A stretch of 64,000 nt of DNA from a virus, in the IMG/VR virus record IMGVR_UViG_3300045988_149609; one strand, written 5' to 3'. Position numbers and translations under genes: made by a program. Positions 24,007-33,683 of this stretch are shown here, piece by piece; positions within the stretch are counted from its first letter, which is position 1, and each line of letters starts with the position of its first letter. Under the pieces are notes generated by a model that ran no database searches, had not been told where the DNA came from, and was given only the letters and a program-made list of their open reading frames with translations.

Positions 24007-24411
24007 ATGTATAATAAAGTATGGTATAAAATATTTTTAATAATCTTGAAATATATTCCTGCTATTATTACAATATTTTATGTATTAAATACTTTTCTGT
24101 CTTTTGTAGGTATAGATACTTTCTGGATGAGTTATGTTTCAGGAATATCTATACTTACTTGGATATTTTTATATGTATCTAGTTTTGTTTTTAATTATTG
24201 TATTTATCATAGATTATTCTTATATTATATAGCTTTAAATGATATAATAACAATAATAGATTATCATTACAAAATACCTATTAAAAATGAAACTTTATTT
24301 ATGTTACATAGTATTTTATTAGGTATTTTTATTATATTAATTGTAATTAAATATGTTACAAATCATAAAAAGAATACTACTAAAAATAGTAGACAATATA
24401 GATTCAGGTAA
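24007..24411 (+). CDS. 4-TM membrane protein (134 aa), holin candidate
   Basis: Four hydrophobic helices. Start taken as ATG 24007, in frame with the track ORF. Confidence 0.4.
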   Translation: MYNKVWYKIFLIILKYIPAIITIFYVLNTFLSFVGIDTFWMSYVSGISILTWIFLYVSSFVFNYCIYHRLFLYYIALNDIITIIDYHYKIPIKNETLFMLHSILLGIFIILIVIKYVTNHKKNTTKNSRQYRFR

Positions 24412-24418
24412 TTCTAAT

Positions 24419-24679
24419 ATGACTTCTTCAGATCAGTTGAAAATATTAGAAGTGCTAAAAGAATATACAGATAAAGAAGTAAGACTTAGTAAATATCAAG
24501 CTTGTAAATATATAGGATTAAGTAGAGCTTTTTTTGATAATTATGCTAGATTTGGTTCTTTACCTAAAGGTATAAAACAACAAGGATTTAAAGAATTATT
24601 TTGGACAAAGAAATCTTTAGATAAATTTCTAAAGGAAAGAGAAAAGAAAGAGAAGAAAAAAGAAAAGAATAACGTATGA
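24419..24679 (+). CDS. HTH protein (86 aa)
   Basis: YQACKYIGLSRAFFDNYARFGSLPKG resembles an Xis/MerR-type HTH. Start taken as ATG 24419. Confidence 0.4.
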   Translation: MTSSDQLKILEVLKEYTDKEVRLSKYQACKYIGLSRAFFDNYARFGSLPKGIKQQGFKELFWTKKSLDKFLKEREKKEKKKEKNNV

Positions 24680-25068
24680 AATATTTTTATGTATTCATAG
24701 TTTTACTTTTATGTATTAGTTGTAAAACTAAATATCAATGTGTAGAAGTACCAAAGGAAATAATAAAAGTTGAGTATAAAGATAAATTGATACATGATAG
24801 TATTTATAATATAGATAGTATTTATATTAAAGAAAAGAATGATACAATTTATTATTTTAAAACTAAAATTCAATATAAATATAAATATATTAAAGATACT
24901 ATTTTTAATACAGATACTATTAAAACTACAACTATTAAACCAATAGAAGTTACAAAAGAAATAGTTACAAATAAAATTAAATGGCATCAAAAAATCTTTA
25001 TGTGGTTAGGAGGAGTATTTATGTTATTTATAATATATAAATTAACAAAATACATTAAGAGAGAATGA
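24676..25068 (+). CDS. N-terminal lipoprotein signal plus C-terminal TM protein (130 aa), unimolecular-spanin-like
   Basis: Signal-like N-terminus MKYFYVFIVLLLCISCK and a C-terminal TM segment IFMWLGGVFMLFIIYKL. Confidence 0.4.
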   Translation: MKYFYVFIVLLLCISCKTKYQCVEVPKEIIKVEYKDKLIHDSIYNIDSIYIKEKNDTIYYFKTKIQYKYKYIKDTIFNTDTIKTTTIKPIEVTKEIVTNKIKWHQKIFMWLGGVFMLFIIYKLTKYIKRE

Positions 25069-25385
25069 TTGATTTAGGTGTAATAATTACAGCTTTAGTA
25101 GGAATAATGACGAGTGGTGCTACAAGTTGGATTACTTGGTTTCTTACTAAAAAGAAATATAATGCAGAAGTTGATGGAGCATTGTTAGATAATATGAAAG
25201 AATCACTTAATTTTTATAAAGAATTAAGTGAAGATAATAAAAGAAGATTAGAAGATGTTTTGGATAGAAACAAACAATTAGAAAAGGAAGTTTCAGATCT
25301 TCGTAGACAAGTTACAGCAATGCTTAGTACAATATGTACAGATTTAACTTGTATGCATAGAATAAGTAAAAATTTAGAGGATTAA
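25065..25385 (+). CDS. N-terminal TM plus coiled-coil protein (106 aa), holin or i-spanin-like
   Basis: TM segment IITALVGIMTSGATSWITWFL followed by a charged coiled coil. Confidence 0.4.
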   Translation: MIDLGVIITALVGIMTSGATSWITWFLTKKKYNAEVDGALLDNMKESLNFYKELSEDNKRRLEDVLDRNKQLEKEVSDLRRQVTAMLSTICTDLTCMHRISKNLED

Positions 25386-25389
25386 ATAA

Positions 25390-25869
25390 ATGAAAATTGT
25401 TGTAGATAGAAAATATAAAAAGTCAACATATACAATAAGTAATCTTACTATTGATGGTAAATGGTTTTGTAATGTTGTAGAAGATACAGATAGAAATTTA
25501 GATAATACAATGTCTGTTACTCACATACAAAAGGTTAAAGATGTTAATGGTAATGGTGTAAATGATGATGCAATTACTGCAATACCAAGAGGAACATATA
25601 AAGTTACACTTGATGTAGTTTCTCCTAAATTTAGTAAAAAGGATTATTATAAAAAGTTTTGTAATGGTAAAGTTCCTAGATTACTCAATGTACCAGGTTT
25701 TGATGGCGTTCTAATGCATTGTGGATCTACTGCTAAAAGTAGTGCTGGTTGTTTAATTTTAGGCTATAATAAAATTAAAGGTGGAGTTGTTGATTCACAA
25801 AAAGCTTTTGAAACAGTATATAAGGAATTATTAAAAGATAAAAATAATATCACAATTGAAATTAAATAA
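25390..25869 (+). CDS. putative peptidoglycan hydrolase (159 aa), endolysin candidate
   Basis: The H...GC motif LMHCGSTAKSSAGCLILG resembles the His/Cys catalytic pair of an L,D-transpeptidase or peptidase. It follows membrane-protein genes. Confidence 0.3.
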   Translation: MKIVVDRKYKKSTYTISNLTIDGKWFCNVVEDTDRNLDNTMSVTHIQKVKDVNGNGVNDDAITAIPRGTYKVTLDVVSPKFSKKDYYKKFCNGKVPRLLNVPGFDGVLMHCGSTAKSSAGCLILGYNKIKGGVVDSQKAFETVYKELLKDKNNITIEIK

Positions 25870-25918
25870 TTAGCAGGTTCTTGCTAAATTGTTCTTAGTG
25901 TTTTCATGATGTTTATTT

Positions 25919-25952
25919 GAGGAGTAGTAACATTAGTTATTACTCCTTTTTA
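25919..25952 (+). terminator. rho-independent terminator
   Basis: GGAGTAGTAA-cattag-TTATTACTCC forms a 10-bp stem followed by TTTTT. Confidence 0.6.
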
Positions 25953-25956
25953 TGTT

Positions 25957-25964
25957 TAATTTTG
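25957..25964 (+). promoter_or_regulatory. -7 promoter box TAATTTTG
   Basis: TAnnTTTG directly after the terminator and 52 nt before ATG 26017. Confidence 0.4.
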
Positions 25965-26016
25965 TGATGTAAGCTTACAAAAATATTGTTTATTAATCCT
26001 TTAAATAAATAAAATT

Positions 26017-26925
26017 ATGTCAGAAGAAGCAACTAAAACTTATGTATTTGGACAAGATAATAATAGTTTATTGTCTATGTTAGCTCCATTATGTCAACAA
26101 AGAGGTGTTGATCCAAATGTTCTTTTAGCAATGAAAGATAAAAATAGTTTTGGAGATGGTGGCTTTCTATGGGTTATCTTCCTCTTCTTCCTTATGGGAT
26201 GGGGTGGTTATGGTAATGGATTTGGCTTTGGTGGTAGAAATGGTGAAGGTCTTGCTAATCAAATTAATAATGATTATGGTAGAGACTTACTCCTTCAAGC
26301 TATTAATGGGAATGGTAATGCTATTAGTCAACTTTCCACTACTCTTAATTGTGATATTAATGCTGTGCAGAATGCAATAAATGCAGTAAATAATAATGTA
26401 AGTAGTGTAGGTAATCAAGTAGGTATGACTGGTCAGCAAATTGTTAATTCTATTCAAAGTGGTAATCAACAAATTGCTGCTCAATTAGCTCAATGCTGCT
26501 GCAATACACAGCAGTCTATTCTTAAAATGGGTTATGATAATCAAATAGCAACACTTAATCAAACAAATCAGTTAAGTGGTAAAGTTGATACAAATACCTC
26601 ACAAGTAACTAATGCTATTGCTAATCAAACTGCATTATTAAATGATAAATTCTGTCAACTTGAAATGAGAGATATGCAGTCTAAGATTAATCAGTTACAA
26701 GAAGAAAAGAGTACTTTGCAGAATCATATAAGTAATTCAAATCAAACTTCACAGATTCAAAGCTACATTGCAAGTGTAGTTAATCCAATTGCTCAAGAAG
26801 TTAATGCTATAAAATGCGCACAACCAAATACAGTTACTGTTCCTTATCAACCTTTTGTTACAGTTCCTAATTGTGCTGCTTATCAGTTAGGTTTAGTTAA
26901 TGGTAATCAAAATCTTTGGTTTTAA
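26017..26925 (+). CDS. TM-anchored Gly/Asn/Gln-rich protein (302 aa)
   Basis: Hydrophobic segment LWVIFLFFLMGWGG, then a GNGFGFGG stretch and N/Q-rich repeats. Confidence 0.5.
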   Translation: MSEEATKTYVFGQDNNSLLSMLAPLCQQRGVDPNVLLAMKDKNSFGDGGFLWVIFLFFLMGWGGYGNGFGFGGRNGEGLANQINNDYGRDLLLQAINGNGNAISQLSTTLNCDINAVQNAINAVNNNVSSVGNQVGMTGQQIVNSIQSGNQQIAAQLAQCCCNTQQSILKMGYDNQIATLNQTNQLSGKVDTNTSQVTNAIANQTALLNDKFCQLEMRDMQSKINQLQEEKSTLQNHISNSNQTSQIQSYIASVVNPIAQEVNAIKCAQPNTVTVPYQPFVTVPNCAAYQLGLVNGNQNLWF

Positions 26926-26939
26926 GAAAGGAGGTGACT

Positions 26940-27263
26940 ATGGCTATTAATATAAGATACCTTAGTAATATGAATGGTATTCCTAGATTAGAATCAAATA
27001 GTGTTGCAGTAAATACTGCAAATGTAGTATTTACCTTTACTAATCCTGGCCCTAGATTTAATAATGAGTATAATGGTTTAGTATTATTGAAATTTAATCA
27101 AATAATACCAACAGGTACAACAGGAACATTACCAATATTAATAAATAACCAAGCAATTACAACATATAATGGTGCAGCTTTAACTGTTACTGCTTTTAAA
27201 GGCACAGGTATTTATTTGGCTTATTATGATAGTGGTAGTAAAACTTTACAAATTATAGATTAA
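26940..27263 (+). CDS. hypothetical structural protein (108 aa) with a strong SD
   Basis: AAAGGAGGTGA lies 2 nt before ATG 26940. The track start at 26916 is upstream of the SD. Confidence 0.5.
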   Translation: MAINIRYLSNMNGIPRLESNSVAVNTANVVFTFTNPGPRFNNEYNGLVLLKFNQIIPTGTTGTLPILINNQAITTYNGAALTVTAFKGTGIYLAYYDSGSKTLQIID

Positions 27264-27280
27264 TATTAAAACTATAGAAT

Positions 27281-27805
27281 ATGTTTCAATCATTAAGACA
27301 AAATAGTCCAATTTATATATTTCATAAAATAGATAATCCTTATTTAGAAATAGGAACTATATCAACAATCAGTTTACCTAAACCTAAATATGCAGTTCCT
27401 GCTACTTTCAATAATACACAAGAAATGTGTGTAGATATTGTAGTTAAAATAAATAATAATGTTGTTAACTATAATAATTTACCTGCAACTCTTGATATTG
27501 CTGATAGTACTAGTAATGGAGATAACATTGTAATTGCTTCAAGTAAAGAAGCAATGAATGCTGAAATACTTAGTTTAAAACAAAAAAGTATTGATGAATT
27601 AAATAGGAAAGAATATAATGAAAATATAGTTAGAAATTGTGATAAAATATTGGCAGACTTAAATCCTGAATTTGCAGAGAAACAAGCACAAAAAGCTGAA
27701 ATAGATTCTTTAAAATTGCAAATGCAAGAAATGTCTAAAAATATGCAAAGTCTTATTGAATTAAATAAACAATTAATGAAACAAACTTCTAATAATAAAG
27801 AATAA
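27281..27805 (+). CDS. hypothetical protein (174 aa) with a C-terminal coiled coil
   Basis: ORF. Confidence 0.5.
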   Translation: MFQSLRQNSPIYIFHKIDNPYLEIGTISTISLPKPKYAVPATFNNTQEMCVDIVVKINNNVVNYNNLPATLDIADSTSNGDNIVIASSKEAMNAEILSLKQKSIDELNRKEYNENIVRNCDKILADLNPEFAEKQAQKAEIDSLKLQMQEMSKNMQSLIELNKQLMKQTSNNKE

Positions 27806-27809
27806 AACT

Positions 27810-28013
27810 ATGAAACTTTGGGAATTAAGAGAAAACGCATCATCTAGAGATTCATATCCTAGAAGGAATAGAGAAGATGATTATGAATACCCTATGAAAA
27901 ATAGAGGTAGATATGAAGAAGATGAAGAATGTGATGATTATGAAGAAGGTTATAAAGCTGGTTATAAAGCAGCAAAAAGAAAATACTCTCACATGATAGA
28001 AGATAGATATTAA
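27810..28013 (+). CDS. small acidic protein (67 aa)
   Basis: E/D/Y-rich ORF. Confidence 0.4.
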   Translation: MKLWELRENASSRDSYPRRNREDDYEYPMKNRGRYEEDEECDDYEEGYKAGYKAAKRKYSHMIEDRY

Positions 28014-28059
28014 TTATTAACTAAGGGAGTAGTAATACTCCCTTTTATTATTTACAATT

Positions 28060-28467
28060 ATGAGATTAGATATATATGAAAAGTTACCATCTGGAATGAA
28101 AGAATATCTTACTTATTATGGATGGCATTTTAATAAAAAGATGTGTGAATTTGCTTGTAAAAATATGTATAAGACTGATAGTAATGGACATAAAGAATAT
28201 ATACAAATTTATACCAAAGAACAAATAGATGATTTACTTAAATCTTATAATATAAAACTACATGACAATACATATGATTATGTATATATAGGTAATATGT
28301 GTAGAGCAGATTTTTATGGTTCTTCAATAACAGATGAGCATAAATTATGTCTTTATATTAAAGATGTAGTTGAAGATAATGATGCTTATGAAGGTATGAT
28401 TTTTACAAGATTTTATGCTGATTGTATAGGTAGTGGTACACCAATTTATTGGGAAGATTTTATTTAA
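28060..28467 (+). CDS. hypothetical protein (135 aa)
   Basis: ORF. Confidence 0.5.
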   Translation: MRLDIYEKLPSGMKEYLTYYGWHFNKKMCEFACKNMYKTDSNGHKEYIQIYTKEQIDDLLKSYNIKLHDNTYDYVYIGNMCRADFYGSSITDEHKLCLYIKDVVEDNDAYEGMIFTRFYADCIGSGTPIYWEDFI

Positions 28468-28535
28468 AAATAACAAGTTTTTAATGTATATATTATTAAT
28501 GTATTTAAAACGTATTCTTAAACTATAAATATACT

Positions 28536-28543
28536 TAATTTTG
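28536..28543 (+). promoter_or_regulatory. -7 promoter box TAATTTTG(CA), with an SD at 28555-28560
   Basis: TAnnTTTG lies 24 nt before ATG 28567, and an AAGGAG SD lies 6 nt before the ATG. Confidence 0.45.
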
Positions 28544-28566
28544 CACTAAAATTTAAGGAGAAATTT

Positions 28567-29784
28567 ATGGAAGTAATTAATTTTAGCGCAGATAATATAA
28601 TACCAGAATCAGAAGTAGAACAACTTCTAAATGGTACAGAATCTGCTTCAGATAGTTCTTCAAATGATACTACATCTAGTGATGAATCTAATGAATCTAA
28701 TGTAAGTACATCAGCTGAAGAAGATAACAATGAAAACAAAACTGTTTCTGCCGAGGGTTTAACTTTTGATGATAAGTTAGAATTTCCAGAGAGCGTAGGT
28801 GGAGAAGAAGATAATGATATAAGTCAGAATCAAGATGATGGAGAAAACTCCTCTGAGCTAGAGGATAATATTTCTCCTAAACAAAACTTCTACTCTTCCA
28901 TTACAAATGCTCTTGCAGAAGATGGGGTTTTCTCTAATCTTGATGATGATGCTCTTTCTAATATAGAAACACCTGAAGATTTTTCAGCATTAATTGATGA
29001 AGAAATTAGTAGGAGAATGGATGAAAGACAGAGAAGAATTGAAATGGCATTAAATAATAATGTACCTTCTACTGAAATTCAAGCTTATGAACAAACACTT
29101 AATGGTTTGTCACAGATTACTAATGATGTATTAGATGCTGAAACAGAACAAGGAGAAACAATAAGAAAGAATTTAATATATCAAGATTATGTTAATAAAG
29201 GGTTTACACCTGAAAGAGCAACTAAAGAAGTACAGAAATCTTTAAATGCTGGTACTGATATTGAAGATGCAAAAGAATGTTTACAAAGCTGTATAGATTT
29301 TTACAATAATCAATATCAACAATTATTGACTAATGCTGAAAATGAAAAACAACAAGAGCAACAAGCCATTCAAAATAGAGCAAAAAATATAGAAACTTCT
29401 ATTATGAATGATAAAGATCTTTTAGGAGGTTTAGAAATTGATAATAATACTAGAAAAAGAACAATTTCTAATATTTCAAAAGCAGCATATAGAGATAATG
29501 AAACAGGTGAATATTTAACAGAACTTCAGAAGTATCAAAGAGAAAATGAAGATGCTTTTATTAAGAATGTTGGATTGATTTTTACTCTTACTAATGGTTT
29601 TAAAGACTTTGATAAATTTGTTCAAAGTAAAGTAAAAAAGGAAGTTAAGAAAGGTATTAGAAATCTTGAAAACGTAATTAATAGTACTTCTAGAGGTAGT
29701 GATGGTTTACTTAAATTTGCAGGACAATATGCAAAAGAAGATCCTAATTCATTTATTGGAAAAGGATGGAAATTAAATATTTAA
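28567..29784 (+). CDS. scaffolding-like protein (405 aa)
   Basis: Acidic, S/D/E-rich and low-complexity N-terminus, helical and charged thereafter, located immediately upstream of the putative major capsid gene. Confidence 0.4.
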   Translation: MEVINFSADNIIPESEVEQLLNGTESASDSSSNDTTSSDESNESNVSTSAEEDNNENKTVSAEGLTFDDKLEFPESVGGEEDNDISQNQDDGENSSELEDNISPKQNFYSSITNALAEDGVFSNLDDDALSNIETPEDFSALIDEEISRRMDERQRRIEMALNNNVPSTEIQAYEQTLNGLSQITNDVLDAETEQGETIRKNLIYQDYVNKGFTPERATKEVQKSLNAGTDIEDAKECLQSCIDFYNNQYQQLLTNAENEKQQEQQAIQNRAKNIETSIMNDKDLLGGLEIDNNTRKRTISNISKAAYRDNETGEYLTELQKYQRENEDAFIKNVGLIFTLTNGFKDFDKFVQSKVKKEVKKGIRNLENVINSTSRGSDGLLKFAGQYAKEDPNSFIGKGWKLNI

Positions 29785-29843
29785 TTCTTTATTGATTTAT
29801 CTTGATTTATATATAATATGAATACTTTTAAATTTAATATATA

Positions 29844-31364
29844 ATGGCAGGTAAATTAGGTAAGTGGCAAGTAAAAGGCTTTACTTCATGGAAAGGTCTT
29901 ACTAATAGAAACCACTTGTTAGCTGCTTTTGGTGCAGCTCCTCAAAAGGCAAGCAATATCATGGTTAAGTTGCTTGCTTATCAATTTGGTAACTTGACCA
30001 GCTCAACTTTGGAACAGTTACCTGTTAAGTATTTCGATACTGATGAAGAATATACTTGGGATATTGTTGGTTCAAATCAACGTAATATTCCTTTGGTAGA
30101 AGCTAGAAATTATGCAGGTGAATCTCTTACTGGTACAAAAGATATTGTAGGTAAGAATGGTGAACCTTTCTATCTTGTATTTCCTGAAGATTGGTTCTTC
30201 AGAAATGAAGTTCTTTTTGGTGAACTTAATGAGCTTTATCCTATTAAAGTAATGGAGGAAGCTAAGATGGAAGGTACAAATGCTGTTTATAAATGCTATT
30301 TGTTTGGCCTTAATGAAGATGGTATTCCTGCTAAAAGACTTCAACCTGGTGAAAGATTCTCACATGAGTTTTCTCCTATTGAAAGAGAAATGTCACGTGA
30401 ACAAGGTGGTATTAGATATTCAACTCCTGTAGAAATGAGAAATGAATGGTCTAGTATCAGAAAGAAACTTAAGATTAATAATGCAGCCATGATGGATCAA
30501 AAACTTATGGTTGGTGTACCTGTGATTAAACCTCTTGCAAATGGTGGTTATCAAGAAGATACAGTACATTCTTGGTTGCTTTATTCAGATTATCTCTTTG
30601 AAGAAGAGTTCCGTGAAGAAAAGAATAGTGTGATGATGTTTGGTCGTTTAAATCGTGATGCTAATGGTATGTATCATGATGTAGGTGATTCAGGCTTTGT
30701 TATTAAACAAGGTAGTGGTCTTAGAGAGCAAATGGAATCAGCTAATACTATGTATTATAATACCTTTAGTTTGAAACTTATTGAAGATGCTCTTTATCAA
30801 TTGAGTGCTTCTAAGTTAGGTATGGGTGATAGAACATTTGTGATGAAAACAGGTGAAGTTGGTGCATTGCTTTTTCATAAAGCAGTATCAGATTTGACTT
30901 CTGGTTGGACTCAATTTATTATGGATAATAGTTCTATTGGTGCTATTAAGAAAACTAATTCTAATCTTCATACTAATTCTTTGAGTGCTGGTTTTCAGTT
31001 TACAGAGTTTAAAGCTCCTAATGGTGTTACACTTCAGGTAGAAGTTTCTCCTGAATATGATAATCCTGTTAGAAACAAGATGCTTGATGCTAATGGTAGA
31101 CCTCTTGAAAGTGGTAGATTTGATATTTTGAAGATTGGTTCTATGGATCAACAAAATATCTTCAAATGTGAAATTAAGAATCGTCCTGAAGTTAGAGGTT
31201 ATCAGCCTGGTTTGAGAGATCCTTTTACTGGTAAGCAAGTTAACTATATGAGTACTGATGAAGATTCATGCACTGTACATAAGATGGCAACATTTGGTGT
31301 ATGTGTACTTGATCCTACTCGTACAATGTCTATTATTCCTGCACAACTTAGTGGTGTAGAGTAA
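29844..31364 (+). CDS. major capsid protein candidate (506 aa)
   Basis: Markedly different codon usage (GGT, GCT, CTT, CGT codons and higher GC), as expected for a highly expressed gene. It is followed by a strong terminator, has a size typical of a crAss-like major capsid protein, and follows a scaffold-like gene. Confidence 0.5.
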   Translation: MAGKLGKWQVKGFTSWKGLTNRNHLLAAFGAAPQKASNIMVKLLAYQFGNLTSSTLEQLPVKYFDTDEEYTWDIVGSNQRNIPLVEARNYAGESLTGTKDIVGKNGEPFYLVFPEDWFFRNEVLFGELNELYPIKVMEEAKMEGTNAVYKCYLFGLNEDGIPAKRLQPGERFSHEFSPIEREMSREQGGIRYSTPVEMRNEWSSIRKKLKINNAAMMDQKLMVGVPVIKPLANGGYQEDTVHSWLLYSDYLFEEEFREEKNSVMMFGRLNRDANGMYHDVGDSGFVIKQGSGLREQMESANTMYYNTFSLKLIEDALYQLSASKLGMGDRTFVMKTGEVGALLFHKAVSDLTSGWTQFIMDNSSIGAIKKTNSNLHTNSLSAGFQFTEFKAPNGVTLQVEVSPEYDNPVRNKMLDANGRPLESGRFDILKIGSMDQQNIFKCEIKNRPEVRGYQPGLRDPFTGKQVNYMSTDEDSCTVHKMATFGVCVLDPTRTMSIIPAQLSGVE

Positions 31365-31375
31365 TAACATATAAG

Positions 31376-31410
31376 GTAATAGAGATTGGGTTCTCTATTA
31401 CCTACTATTA
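31376..31410 (+). terminator. rho-independent terminator
   Basis: GTAATAGAGA-ttgggt-TCTCTATTAC forms a perfect 10-bp stem followed by a T-rich run. Confidence 0.65.
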
Positions 31411-31421
31411 ATTTTATTTAT

Positions 31422-32429
31422 ATGGAAGAGTTACTTAATGAAATGAATGTAGATTTATCTTCAATTCCTATGAAAGAAGTATTAAAAGGAAATAAATCTA
31501 CAACAAAGAAAAAAGAAAAAACAATAACTACTAAAAAAGTAGTAGAAGATACTGATGATGATCAATTAATTAATTGTCTTAGAAACGAAAGAGTTGTTGT
31601 AAGACATATTAATAAAAACAGAATGGGTATTACAAATCCTAAACATATAATGTATGGAGGTATGTTGGAAAATGCTACTAAAGTATATACAGTACCTAAA
31701 CTTAAATCAGGTGGATTTGTGAATGTTCTTACTAATGAAGAAAAAGATTTTCTTGAAGATGTTATGGGATTAGAACATAATGCTTTATCTGTTTATAAAA
31801 GAGAAAATAACTTTTGGAGTGATGCTAATGAAGAAGGTATTTCAAGAGTTTTTCTAAAAAAGTCTGATAATATACTTGATCTTTCTAAACCATCAGATTA
31901 TATTAAATATAAAATTCTATTGGCAAATAAAGACTTTATTTGTCCCGATTTGAAAACATTGAGAGAAGCTCCTTTAGTATCTTATGAATATGTAATTGTA
32001 ACTAAAAATGCTGATGTTACAGAAGATAAGAATAAGATGTCTAATATTATGAAAGCTTATAGATTGTTTGGTACTATTGAAAATGATGATGATAAATTAA
32101 AGACTATAGTAGAATTATTGACAGGTAGACCTGTTGCAATAAATACAAAGTCAGATTTCCTTAAAGTACAAATCAATAAGTATATCCAAGAATCTACAAA
32201 AGAGTTTCTTAATATTGTTGAAGATAAATATCTTGATGCAAAGATTCTTGTTAAGAAGGCAGTAGAAAATGGCATTGTTTCTAAACGAGGTAATTACTAT
32301 TATTATCGAATTGATAATACACCTTTATGTGAAGCTAATCAAGAACCAACACTTGATATTGCTGCTAAATTTATAATGTCACCTAAGCATCAAGAACTTA
32401 AAATGTCAATAGAAGCTCAACTTAATTAA
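31422..32429 (+). CDS. hypothetical structural protein (335 aa)
   Basis: Start moved to ATG 31422, because the track's TTG at 31386 lies in the terminator loop. Confidence 0.5.
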   Translation: MEELLNEMNVDLSSIPMKEVLKGNKSTTKKKEKTITTKKVVEDTDDDQLINCLRNERVVVRHINKNRMGITNPKHIMYGGMLENATKVYTVPKLKSGGFVNVLTNEEKDFLEDVMGLEHNALSVYKRENNFWSDANEEGISRVFLKKSDNILDLSKPSDYIKYKILLANKDFICPDLKTLREAPLVSYEYVIVTKNADVTEDKNKMSNIMKAYRLFGTIENDDDKLKTIVELLTGRPVAINTKSDFLKVQINKYIQESTKEFLNIVEDKYLDAKILVKKAVENGIVSKRGNYYYYRIDNTPLCEANQEPTLDIAAKFIMSPKHQELKMSIEAQLN

Positions 32430-32475
32430 TAAAAACAATTCTTCATGAGATACATGAAGATATAAATTTTAAAAT

Positions 32476-33678
32476 ATGACTTGTGAAGAATTTTCAAATG
32501 AGTTTGACATACTATATAATAATGTAATGTCAAATAAAGCTCCTGGGTTAGATGAGTATGAAAAAAGTGTTTTTCTTACTAGGGCACAGGATGATATAGT
32601 TAAAAGATATTTTACTCCTAAGGGTAATAAAGATTTTGAAGGATTTGATAGTTCTTTAAAAAGAAATATGGATTTTAGTTCTCTTTATAGAAATTATATT
32701 ATATATGCTAAAAATATAGCTTTTCAAAAATTAAATAAAGAGAATGTAAAAACAAATTTTTTTAATAAAGTTAGTAACATAAAATTAAAAGCTACAAGTG
32801 AGTTTGAAATAACAAATAATTTAAAACAAGATAAATCTTCTTATTGTATATATAATCGTTCAGGAATTAGTAAATGCTATTTTGCTCTTTGTGACAATGA
32901 TTTAAAAAGTATTAGTGGGGCTTTAGATATAATATTTAAAAATAAAAATTATCTTCCAATAGAATTTTCTTATTCTACTGAGGATGGTACTGCTTGGAAT
33001 GCAATTTGTGAAAAACATAAAACTGAAATTGTAGCTTATATAGATTCTTTTTTTAATTCTTCAAATAATACATTTGAAATTAAAAATAGTGTTGCAGATA
33101 ATATTAAAGATGTAATCAATATCTCTTTATTATTTTCACAAGAAAATGATTCTGTATTCTTACCAATTAATGATCAATTATTAGTTGAAGATACAGTATT
33201 AAAGAAAGATAGATTACTACAAATATTACCTATTACTTCAGTAGAATATATAAGATTAATGAGTAAACCTTTTAAGCAACCACTTAAAAATCAAGCTTGG
33301 AAATTACAAGAACAATCAACAGATACTTCTTTATCTTATAAATTATTCTTTGGTAAAAATAATAACTTCAAAGAATATACTTTAAGATACCTTACTCATC
33401 CTAAACCTATTATTCTTACTAATTTAGGTAATGAAGGTCTTAGTATTAATGGTTATATTGGAGCTAATGAAGATAATCAACTTGTTAAAGAGGATGCAAC
33501 TACAGGTTATACTTGTCAATTAAATTCAGAATTACATTATGAAATTTTACAAAGAGCTGTTGAATTAGCTAAAGCTGCTTATACAGGAGATTTATCTTCT
33601 ACTGTACAAATAGGTAATATTAGTTCTACTAATGTAGGACAAGGTGTTGATCCACAACAAGTACAAAGAACTAGATAA
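32476..33678 (+). CDS. structural protein, paralog A (400 aa)
   Basis: Its N-terminus MTCEEFSNEFDILYNN...DEYEKSVFLTRAQDDI and C-terminus PKPIILTNLG...RAVELAKAAY are homologous to the adjacent 244-aa ORF. Confidence 0.55.
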   Translation: MTCEEFSNEFDILYNNVMSNKAPGLDEYEKSVFLTRAQDDIVKRYFTPKGNKDFEGFDSSLKRNMDFSSLYRNYIIYAKNIAFQKLNKENVKTNFFNKVSNIKLKATSEFEITNNLKQDKSSYCIYNRSGISKCYFALCDNDLKSISGALDIIFKNKNYLPIEFSYSTEDGTAWNAICEKHKTEIVAYIDSFFNSSNNTFEIKNSVADNIKDVINISLLFSQENDSVFLPINDQLLVEDTVLKKDRLLQILPITSVEYIRLMSKPFKQPLKNQAWKLQEQSTDTSLSYKLFFGKNNNFKEYTLRYLTHPKPIILTNLGNEGLSINGYIGANEDNQLVKEDATTGYTCQLNSELHYEILQRAVELAKAAYTGDLSSTVQIGNISSTNVGQGVDPQQVQRTR

Positions 33679-33683
33679 TAATT

